Shown here: piece by piece, positions 1 to 6,499 of the stretch
How the letters are laid out: every line of letters starts with the position of its first letter
Position numbering within the stretch: position 1 is the first letter of the stretch
Origin: a bacterium
GTDB taxonomy: Bacteria; 4484-113; JAFGCY01
Assembly: GCA_020849855.1 (NCBI GenBank)
Contig: JADZFO010000038.1
Location: 108,010 to 172,009 of the forward strand
Reading direction: 5' to 3'
Length of the DNA: 64,000 nucleotides
Made by a program: the position numbers and the translations under genes
Notes under the pieces: generated by a model
Databases searched by the model: none
The model's input: only the letters and a program-made list of their open reading frames with translations
Told to the model about the DNA's origin: nothing

Positions 1-168
1 TAAGCCGCATTTGCGCTTGCGCGCAAAGGCGGGCGATGGGTCATTTTAGCAGGTCAGCCTGAAGATGGCAAATCCACCAGCTGAGACTATCGACCGGCGG
101 ACTTTGTGCCTGCAGGCGGGCGGCCGCCGCGGGCAATATTAAATGTAGGCCAGCGGGGCGAAAGACCC

Positions 169-1035
169 CTAGAAGGGGTCAAGCTGGGAGGCATGGCGCA
201 GGTTTTCGCCCATCTGCTGCAGCTCGCCGGCGGCGAAGCGGCTGACCAGGGCGCGCAGGCGGCGGCGGCTGGAGGGCCGCGTCTGGGGATCGGCGGCCTC
301 CTTCGCATGGCGCAGGACCTGCTCGACGGTCTGCAGCGGGCCGCTTAGCGTCAGGCCCGCGCCGCGCAGACGGCGCTGCTCATGGGCCAGGCTGACCTCG
401 CGCAGCAGATCGGCATGCAGGCGCAGCACGCCTTGTGGTCCCTGCAGGCGCTCCAGCCACTGGCCCTCCTCAGCGCTCAGGGGCCAGGGCGCCAGGCCGC
501 GGTCCAGCTCGTCCTCCAGCGCGGTGTTCTGGCTCAGCGGGCCGGCCAGCTGCCACTGCGGCTCCTCGGGGCGCGGCTGGTCGAGGCCGCAAAGCTCCTC
601 GATGCCGCGCTGCAGGCCGAACCACTGCTGCACCAGGCCGCTGTTGAACTCCGCCAGGCTCTGGCCGGCGGCGGCGATGCGCTGGCTGCGCCCCTGCTCC
701 GGGCTGAGACCGGCACGGGCGTCGGCGACGGCCTCGTCGAAGCTTGGCAGGTCCGGCACGATCTGGCGCGGGCGGGCGGTCACGGCGCGATTGGCCTCGC
801 TGAAGGCGCGGCTGGCCGGGTCGCCGCGGCCAAAAGTGAGGTTGAAGAAGCTGCCACTCTGGGGCGCGCCGCCCTCGCCGGCGGGGCCAAAGCCGCTGAG
901 CCCGCGGGCGCGGCTGTAGACCGCCGCTGCGCCGCCCGCCAGCAGGATCAGGATGCGCCACCAGAGGAAACCGGCGTCGCTGGTGCCCTCGTCGGCGGAG
1001 GACTGCAGCCAGATTAGCAGCAGGCTGAGGTTCAT
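169..1035 (-). CDS. hypothetical membrane-anchored protein (N-terminal TM helix, Pro/Gly-rich linker, conserved C-terminal ...L(D/R)PF domain); paralog of 1083..2108
   Basis: 288-aa ORF; hydrophobic N-terminus (LLLIWL.., ILILLAGGAAAV). C-terminal ~70 aa alignable with next gene (GPL..VL..A..RxRLRxxVxxFxxxELxxMxxNLxxAxxLDPF vs ..DRPF). No recognisable catalytic motif. Confidence 0.45.
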   Translation of the reverse strand: MNLSLLLIWLQSSADEGTSDAGFLWWRILILLAGGAAAVYSRARGLSGFGPAGEGGAPQSGSFFNLTFGRGDPASRAFSEANRAVTARPRQIVPDLPSFDEAVADARAGLSPEQGRSQRIAAAGQSLAEFNSGLVQQWFGLQRGIEELCGLDQPRPEEPQWQLAGPLSQNTALEDELDRGLAPWPLSAEEGQWLERLQGPQGVLRLHADLLREVSLAHEQRRLRGAGLTLSGPLQTVEQVLRHAKEAADPQTRPSSRRRLRALVSRFAAGELQQMGENLRHASQLDPF

Positions 1036-1082
1036 GCTGATGCAGAGGATACCGCTTTTCCGGGCCGCCGCAAGGGCCGTTT

Positions 1083-2108
1083 CTAGAAGGGCCGGTCTTG
1101 CAGCTCCTCGGCCTGCCAGAGGTTCGCGCGCATGCGGGGCAGTTCGCTGAGCAGGAAGTGCCGCACCTGCTGGCGCAGGCGCTCGCGCTCCAGCGGCGCC
1201 ACCCGCTCGTCGCAGGCGGCGAAGGCTTCCAGCAGCACTGTGCGCGCCTCCTCCAGCGGGCCCTGCAGGCGCAGCGGGAAGCCCATCAGGGTCTGGGCCT
1301 CGGCCAGCTCGCCCATCTGGCGGCGCAGCGCGGTGAGCAGCACGCCAGGCCCCTGCTCGGCCTCCAGCACCTGGCGCCAGGCGCGCTCGCTGAAGGAAAG
1401 CGGGAACCAGGGCTGGCCGCGCTGCTGCTCCAGCCGGTCGGGGACGCCGTTGTGGTTGCGGTCCTCCTGGGCATGGCGCTCAAGCTGCTGGCGGCTGATC
1501 ATCAGCGGGCCGGCAGCCGGCTGCTCAGCAGCGGCTGGATCTGCCCAGCCCTCCCCGGCCTCAGCGCCCAGCGGCTCCGCGCCCGGGGCCAGTGCATGGG
1601 GGCTGTCCCAGTTGCCGGGCTCAGCGAGCGCGGCTTTCTCAAGCATGAGCATGGAGTCCGCGAGGGCTTCCCACTGCGCGTGCATCTCCAGGGAGATGCG
1701 CGGCAGCTCGCGGCGCATGCGCAGCCGGCGGTCCCGCAGCAGCTCCAGTTCCTCGGCCTGGCTCAGGCGCCGGCCGGGCGGCAGCGCTGCTGCCGGCGCG
1801 GCGGGGAGATCCATGCCGTCAAGGTCCTGGGCGGTGATTTCGCCGGTGGAGTCATCCAGCAGCTGGCGCGGCGCGGCGCCGGCCTGGGACGGCGGCGGGC
1901 CGGCGGCTTTCGTGCGCGGCGGCCGCGGGCTGGGCTTCCAGTTGCGGGCGTCGCCAAAGCCGTCGCCGCCCTGCCAGAACCAGCCCCCCAGCAGGCTCAT
2001 GCCGCTGTTGGCGCTGAGCCAGATGCGCACGGCGGTAATGAGAATGATGGCCAGAATGGTGAGAGGTAAGTCCCAGCCAGTCCCATCGGAAGCAAAGATG
2101 ACGCTCAT
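1083..2108 (-). CDS. hypothetical membrane-anchored protein, paralog of 169..1035
   Basis: ORF track gives 1083..2180. Start trimmed to ATG at 2108 (MSVIFASDGTGWDLPLTILAIILITAV, a TM helix) because the ORF upstream of 2108 overlaps the putative nuoA promoter. Shares the C-terminal domain with 169..1035. Confidence 0.45.
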   Translation of the reverse strand: MSVIFASDGTGWDLPLTILAIILITAVRIWLSANSGMSLLGGWFWQGGDGFGDARNWKPSPRPPRTKAAGPPPSQAGAAPRQLLDDSTGEITAQDLDGMDLPAAPAAALPPGRRLSQAEELELLRDRRLRMRRELPRISLEMHAQWEALADSMLMLEKAALAEPGNWDSPHALAPGAEPLGAEAGEGWADPAAAEQPAAGPLMISRQQLERHAQEDRNHNGVPDRLEQQRGQPWFPLSFSERAWRQVLEAEQGPGVLLTALRRQMGELAEAQTLMGFPLRLQGPLEEARTVLLEAFAACDERVAPLERERLRQQVRHFLLSELPRMRANLWQAEELQDRPF

Positions 2109-2158
2109 TGTGTGGCCCGCGCAGCCTAGAGCATAACCAGCGGCCGCGCATTTGCAAG

Positions 2159-2188
2159 TTAAATCGTCCGCCTGCTGCACCTATAATC
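2159..2188 (+). promoter_or_regulatory. putative sigma70-type promoter of the complex-I-like operon (-35 TTAAAT, 18-nt spacer, -10 TATAAT)
   Basis: TATAAT at 2183-2188 and TTAAAT at 2159-2164, upstream of the nuoA-like start at 2264. AT-rich hexamers stand out in GC-rich DNA. Confidence 0.3.
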
Positions 2189-2263
2189 CATAACCTTAGC
2201 CGTATCAGGGCGTCTTAGAGCTGAGGGGCCCGGCCGCGGGCGGCTGTCGCAGGACCAGAGGGG

Positions 2264-2662
2264 ATGAACACAACAGGCGAATACAACTGGGTGGCGCTGT
2301 TCCTATTTGGCGGCGCCTGTGTGCTGGGGCTGGCCTTCGCCCTGGCCGCCCTGCTGCGCCCCAGCAACCCCGGCCTGTTCAAGCGCCTGACCTTCGAGAG
2401 CGGCGCGCGGGCCCTGGGCGACGCGCTGGTGCGCTTTAACGTGCGCTTCTATATCCTGGCCATCGTCTTCCTGATGTTCGACGTGGACGTGGTCTTCATC
2501 TTCCCCTGGGCCGCGGCCTTCCGCCTGCTGGTCTTTGGCGAGGAGAACCGCCTCTTCACCCCGATGGGCCCGGCCTGCCTGTGGGAGATGTTTGTCTTCA
2601 TCGGCATCCTGATGCTGGGCTGGGCCTATGCCTACCGCAAGGGGGCGCTGGAATGGGTCTAG
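2264..2662 (+). CDS. nuoA: NADH-quinone oxidoreductase subunit A-like (NuoA/Nqo7 family) membrane subunit
   Basis: 132 aa, 3 TM helices, diagnostic NuoA motif FDVDVVFIFPWA and a loop region ERLTFESGARALGDA. Confidence 0.85.
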   Translation: MNTTGEYNWVALFLFGGACVLGLAFALAALLRPSNPGLFKRLTFESGARALGDALVRFNVRFYILAIVFLMFDVDVVFIFPWAAAFRLLVFGEENRLFTPMGPACLWEMFVFIGILMLGWAYAYRKGALEWV

Positions 2663-2667
2663 GGAAG

Positions 2668-2878
2668 AGTGCTGATTGCGGATTGCTGATTTCTGATTCT
2701 CCGGAGCGCCTTGCCCATGGCAGGGCGCGCGGCAATCCCAGCATAGGCGAGTCGGCCGGTCGCAGCACTTGCTTCGATTTCCCCAGCTTTGGCCTGGAAT
2801 CAGCAGAGGCTTCTGCAAAGCTGACAGCTCTTAACAATCATCAATCAGCAATCATCACTCAGCAATCCGGCGGTGACT
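2668..2878. repeat. MITE-like intergenic element with terminal inverted repeats (TGCTGATTGCGGATTGCTGATT ... AATCATCAATCAGCAATCATCACTCAGCAATCC)
   Basis: The region between the nuoA-like and nuoB-like genes is flanked by ATTGCTGATTGC / GCAATCAGCAAT-type inverted repeats. A second copy of the same TIR family lies at 6340..6480. Confidence 0.5.
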
Positions 2879-2882
2879 CGGC

Positions 2883-3428
2883 ATGAGTATCGCAACTTCG
2901 CTGGAAAAGCTGATCCGCGAGTGCACCGCCCGCAGCCTCTGGCCGCTGACCCTGGGCCTGGACTATGCAACCCTCGAGATCTTCTCTGCCATCGGCCCGC
3001 AGTACGACATTGCGCGCCTGGGCAGCGAGGTGATGCGCCCCAGCCCGCGGCAGGTGGACCTGCTGATCATCGGCGGGGCGGTGACGGCCAAGATGGCGCC
3101 GGTGCTGCGCGGCCTGTATGAAAGCATGGCCGAGCCGCGCTTTGTGATGGCGCTGGGCAACGGGGCGATCAGCGGCGCGCCCTACAGCGGCAGCTACAAC
3201 GTGCTGCCGGGCATCGACGGGCTCCTGCCGGTGGACATCTTTGTGCCCGGCGACCCGCCGCGGCCGCAGCAGATCATGGAAGCGATCCTGCAGCTTGGCG
3301 AGGCCATCGCCAGCGGGAAGGCCCGCGGCGCGCAGAGCCTGGGCCGCTACCACCCCGAGCGCCTGGCCTACCTGCCGGCCGCGATGGTGGCGGGCAACAT
3401 CTGGCCGGAGGAAGACAATGCTTCCTGA
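2883..3428 (+). CDS. NuoB/Nqo6-like (NiFe-hydrogenase small-subunit fold) protein LACKING all four Fe-S cluster N2 cysteines
   Basis: 181 aa; clear NuoB backbone (WPLT.GL...RxGxEVxRxSPRQxD..I..G.VT.KMAP.L...Y..M.EP..V...G..A.SG.PY..SY.V..G.D...PVD..VPG.PPRP). The canonical CC is DY here (GLDYATLE), GACA is GNGA, and PGCPP is PGDPP. Confidence 0.85.
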   Translation: MSIATSLEKLIRECTARSLWPLTLGLDYATLEIFSAIGPQYDIARLGSEVMRPSPRQVDLLIIGGAVTAKMAPVLRGLYESMAEPRFVMALGNGAISGAPYSGSYNVLPGIDGLLPVDIFVPGDPPRPQQIMEAILQLGEAIASGKARGAQSLGRYHPERLAYLPAAMVAGNIWPEEDNAS

Positions 3429-4377
3429 GGCCGCGCTGAGTCTGCTGCGCGAGGTCAGTGAAGCCCACGGCGGCTGCCTGCTGATTGATGGCCGGCGCGG
3501 CCGCGCGCTGCTGTCGGATACCGCACGCCTGCTGGATGTGTGCAAGGGCCTGCGCCGCGGCGGCTTCACCCGCGCGATTGATTTCACAGCGATGCATGTA
3601 GGGGCGAGTCTTGACTCGCCCTCTTCAACAATGCGAGCATCAGGGAAGGCGGGTCAAGACCCGCCCCTACAGAATCAGGCGGGTCAAGACCCGCCCCTAC
3701 AGAATCAGGCGGGCCAGGACCCGCCACTACAGAATCAGGCAGGTCAGGACCCGCCACTACAGGAAGCGGCGGGCACAGAGGCCCGTTCCACCGAAGACGG
3801 GCCGAGACAAGCTCGGCCCCTACAAAACGACTTCGCCTTCTTCCTGCAGCTGCGGGCGCCGAAGTTCGGGCACAGCGGCATTCTGCTGAAATGGAAGTGG
3901 AGCCTGATTGAGCAGGCCCACCCGAGCCTGAGCCTGGTCTGGGCCTCCTGCGGCCTGGCCGAGCGCGAGATGCTGGAGATGCTGGGCGTCCCCTTCGCCG
4001 GGAATCCCGACCTGCGCCCGCTGCTGCTGGACATGCGCTTCGCCGGCCATCCCCTGCGCCGCGATTTCAAGAGCCCGCCGCCCCAGGACTACGCCAGCGC
4101 CCTGCTGGCGGACCGGCATGAGGCCGGGCTGATCTTTGGCCTGCGGCAGGCGGCGGAGAACAGGGGCACAACTCGGCCCTCAGGTTCCGCTTCCGACAAT
4201 ACAGGCGCATCGACTTCGCTCGACAGTCCCGCGTCCCGAGTCCTGAGTCCTGACGCACAAAAGCGCTCCGCCGAGGCAATGGACTACAGCGCAGAGCTGG
4301 GTATAGGCGAGAAGGGACTCAGGACCCAGGACTCAGGACAGCCCGGAAGCAGCGCGACGGAGGGCACAGCACCATGA
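3418..4377 (+). CDS. NuoC/Nqo5-like (30 kDa subunit) protein with an in-frame repeat insertion (4x GQDPPLQNQA) and a low-complexity C-terminal tail
   Basis: ORF track gives 3241..4377, but its 5' part overlaps nuoB in another frame. Start set at ATG 3418 (MLPEAALSLL), overlapping the nuoB stop. NuoC C-terminal signature W.SL...W.S..W.EREM.EM.GV.F.G.PDLR.LL......GHPLRRDF is present. An inserted segment is encoded by palindromic DNA repeats. Confidence 0.75.
   Translation: MLPEAALSLLREVSEAHGGCLLIDGRRGRALLSDTARLLDVCKGLRRGGFTRAIDFTAMHVGASLDSPSSTMRASGKAGQDPPLQNQAGQDPPLQNQAGQDPPLQNQAGQDPPLQEAAGTEARSTEDGPRQARPLQNDFAFFLQLRAPKFGHSGILLKWKWSLIEQAHPSLSLVWASCGLAEREMLEMLGVPFAGNPDLRPLLLDMRFAGHPLRRDFKSPPPQDYASALLADRHEAGLIFGLRQAAENRGTTRPSGSASDNTGASTSLDSPASRVLSPDAQKRSAEAMDYSAELGIGEKGLRTQDSGQPGSSATEGTAP
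3599..3780. repeat. in-frame palindromic repeat block: GGGGCGAGTCTTGACTCGCCC followed by 4 tandem ~30-bp units each containing the hairpin GGCGGGTC-AA-GACCCGCC
   Basis: Seen directly in the DNA. It is translated within the nuoC-like ORF as VGASLDSP...(AGQDPPLQNQ)x4. The same units recur in the nuoD-like gene, metG and aacS. Confidence 0.8.
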
Positions 4378-5606
4378 CGCTCTCCTCAATCCGCCGCGTT
4401 GAAAAGAGATACGACCCGCTGCTGACCGAGACCATCGTGGTCTCCGTCGGACCGCAGCACCCCTCCCTGGTCAGCCCGGTGCAGCTGCACATCCAGGCCG
4501 ACGGTGAGCTGATCGAGCGCGTCACCGTCGAGCAGGGATTCATGCACCGCGGCATCGAGATGCTGTGCAGCCAGCGCGACTGGGCCGGCTGCGCCGCGCT
4601 GCTTTCCCGCACTGAATGGCTGGCCGGGATGAACGGCCACTTCCTGCTGAGCAGCGCCATCGAGGAGCTTTCCGGCCTTGAAGTGCCGCAGCGCGCCCAG
4701 TTCCTGCGCAGCCTGGTGCTGGAGCTGGGGCGCCTGAGCAGCCACCTGTACTGGTTTGGCGACCTGGGCCTGGAGGTTGGCGCGGTGACGCCGGTCTTCT
4801 GGGCCATGCGCGAGCGCGAGCCGCTGCTGGAGCTGCTGGACATGCTTTCCGGCCACCGCTGGCACGGGGCCTACATCGTCCCAGGCGGGGTCAGCCATGA
4901 GCCGCCGGCGGCCTTCTATCAGCGCCTGCGCGCCTGGCTGCCCCTGATGCGCCGGCGGATCAACTCCTATGAGGAGTACTTCAGCGATAACGCCATCTGG
5001 GTCAACCGCAGCGAGCTGATCGGCGTGCTGGAAACCGACTACGCAATCAAGAACGGGGCCTCCGGCCCGGTGGCGCGGGCCAGCGCGGTGGACTGCGACC
5101 TGCGCCGCGACGCCCCTTATGCCGCCTACGGCGAGCTGAGCTTCAAGGTGCCGCTGGGCGAGTACGGCGACGCCCTCGACCGCTTCCGCGTCCGCTTTAT
5201 GGAAATGCGCGAAAGCATGAACATGGTCGAGCAGTGCCTGGATGCACTGGCCGGGGCCGAGCTTGGGTCCGCCCGGCTTGTAGGGGCGAGTCTTGACTCG
5301 CCCTCTTTAGCAGCAGGTATACAAGGGAAGGCGGGTCAAGACCCGCCACTACAGAATCAGGCGGGTCAAGACCCGCCCATACAAATCCCCGCCGGCGAGG
5401 CCTTTGTGTCGGTCGAAGGGCCGCGCGGCGAGCTGGCGCTGAGCGTCGTTTCCGACGGCGGGCACGGCCCGGCCCGTGTGCACCTGCGCGGGCCGAGCAT
5501 GTACCACCTGCACCTGCTGGACGAGCTTTGCCGCGGCTATCTGCTGGCCGACCTCTTCGTTATCTATGCCAGCCTCGACATCATGGTTGGGGAGGCGGAC
5601 CGATGA
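4374..5606 (+). CDS. NuoD/Nqo4-like (NiFe-hydrogenase large-subunit fold) protein without NiFe cysteines and without the conserved quinone-site His; carries an in-frame palindromic insertion
   Basis: 410 aa; ATGA overlap with nuoC. N-terminal GPQHPS...HRGIE (NuoD-like HRGxEK region) with no RxCGxC. C-terminal SLDIMVGEADR resembles the NuoD end SLDIVFGEVDR, not the hydrogenase DPCxxCxxH. The usual NFGPQHPAAHGVLRL is GPQHPSLVSPVQL (His absent). Insertion ...VGASLDSPSLAAGIQGKAGQDPPLQNQAGQDPPIQ.. at nt 5276-5395. Confidence 0.85.
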   Translation: MTLSSIRRVEKRYDPLLTETIVVSVGPQHPSLVSPVQLHIQADGELIERVTVEQGFMHRGIEMLCSQRDWAGCAALLSRTEWLAGMNGHFLLSSAIEELSGLEVPQRAQFLRSLVLELGRLSSHLYWFGDLGLEVGAVTPVFWAMREREPLLELLDMLSGHRWHGAYIVPGGVSHEPPAAFYQRLRAWLPLMRRRINSYEEYFSDNAIWVNRSELIGVLETDYAIKNGASGPVARASAVDCDLRRDAPYAAYGELSFKVPLGEYGDALDRFRVRFMEMRESMNMVEQCLDALAGAELGSARLVGASLDSPSLAAGIQGKAGQDPPLQNQAGQDPPIQIPAGEAFVSVEGPRGELALSVVSDGGHGPARVHLRGPSMYHLHLLDELCRGYLLADLFVIYASLDIMVGEADR

Positions 5607-5611
5607 GAGAG

Positions 5612-5782
5612 ATGGCTAATGGCAAATGGCTAATGGCTAATGGAGAAGACTGCCGACAAGATGTCGGCGCTCCGTTCGAGACCATCGACGGCGCAATTTG
5701 CCTACCTCCATTTGCCTTTTGCCTTTCCGGGCGCACTCTGTGCGCCCCTACATTAGCCATTAGCCATTCGACATTAGCCATG
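5612..5782. repeat. inverted-repeat (MITE/REP-like) element: ATGGCTAATGGCAAATGGCTAATGGCTAATGG ... CATTAGCCATTAGCCATTCGACATTAGCCAT, containing the REP-like palindrome GGGCGCACTCTGTGCGCCC
   Basis: Direct inspection of the 196-bp gap between the nuoD-like gene and the next gene. The internal palindrome recurs at 53958..54016. A related ATGGCTAATGG fragment is at 10860..10960. Confidence 0.55.
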
Positions 5783-5802
5783 GCCGCGCCGGAGGCAAGG
5801 CC

Positions 5803-6339
5803 GTGAGCATCAACCGCTTTGACAAGTACAAGAACGAGGTGCCGACCGAGGCCGAGCTGGCCGCGCCGAAGTTCCAGGCGGACTTCACACGCCCGCTGCT
5901 GCAGCGGGTCTGGGCCTATTACATGTGGCGCCTGCTGGCGCTGCTGATGTCCATTGCCTGCTTTGTCTGGTATGGCTACTGGTCCGGCAAGGCGGCGATG
6001 GTGGCGCGGGACGACTACCCGAACCTTTACGTTGAGATCAACAATTACCTGGCCAGCCCCTTCAACCACTACTTCGTGGCGCTTTGCGGGATCCTGCTGC
6101 TGGCGATGGCCTTCAGCCCCCTGGGCCTGCGCGGCATGGCCATGCTGGGCAACTGGCAGCTGCTGGTGATCGCCTACTGGGGCGCGCTGGTGGTCTTCCT
6201 GGTCCTGAAGCTGACCGAGCATGTCATCGACTTCGAGGCGCCCTCGGCGCTGAAGGCGGTCTTTTACCCTTATGTGCTGGTGGCCATCGCCCTGAGCTTC
6301 ATGGAGCTGCGCTCGCTGGAAGAAGAGGTGGCCTCATGA
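5803..6339 (+). CDS. hypothetical integral membrane protein (about 4 TM helices) encoded inside the complex-I-like operon
   Basis: 178-aa ORF with hydrophobic segments (LLALLMSIACFVWYGYW, FVALCGILLLAMAF, LLVIAYWGALVVFLVL, YVLVAIALSF). No similarity to a known Nuo subunit recognised. Confidence 0.45.
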   Translation: MSINRFDKYKNEVPTEAELAAPKFQADFTRPLLQRVWAYYMWRLLALLMSIACFVWYGYWSGKAAMVARDDYPNLYVEINNYLASPFNHYFVALCGILLLAMAFSPLGLRGMAMLGNWQLLVIAYWGALVVFLVLKLTEHVIDFEAPSALKAVFYPYVLVAIALSFMELRSLEEEVAS

Positions 6340-6480
6340 GGCGATTGCTGATTGCGGATTGCGGATTGCTGATTGCAAAGAGTGCCTCGCAGGGCAGCAG
6401 CACTGTGCTGCTGACTTCCGCGCGGCTCCGGGAAGTCATCAATCATCAATCATCAGTCAGCAATTGCAGCAAGCGAGGTG
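6340..6480. repeat. second copy of the ATTGCTGATTGC-TIR MITE-like element
   Basis: GATTGCTGATTGCGGATTGCGGATTGCTGATTGC ... TCATCAATCATCAATCATCAGTCAGCAATTGC flanks a GC-rich core. Same TIR family as 2668..2878. Confidence 0.5.
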
Positions 6481-6499
6481 CGACATCCTGAGCACACCC

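Noticed and set aside
382-2180. Numerous long antisense/alternate-frame ORFs overlapping annotated genes (e.g. 382..1017, 1098..2069, 7052..8071, 9832..10956, 11429..12592, 14102..14920, 24571..25893, 42072..43277, 43561..45117, 46890..48383, 54998..56392, 58270..59400, 60296..61447)
   Set aside because: Products are Arg/Ala/Pro/Gly-rich low-complexity sequences characteristic of spurious ORFs in high-GC DNA. Each overlaps a gene with clear homology on the other strand or frame.
3241-3417. 5' part of ORF 3241..4377 (MCPATRRGRSRS...) overlapping nuoB in another frame
   Set aside because: Arg/Pro-rich translation typical of an out-of-frame read of GC-rich coding DNA. NuoC homology begins only after ATG 3418.
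3640-3760. Four tandem ~30-bp direct repeats that superficially resemble a CRISPR array
   Set aside because: Units are contiguous with no unique spacers, lie in frame inside the nuoC-like gene, and are built from a short hairpin palindrome. No cas genes are nearby. Interpreted as in-frame palindromic repeat insertions instead.
6359-6499. Extended N-terminus of the nuoH-like ORF (MRIADCKECLAGQQHCAADF...)
   Set aside because: These codons translate the MITE-like repeat element, so the start was moved to ATG 6500.
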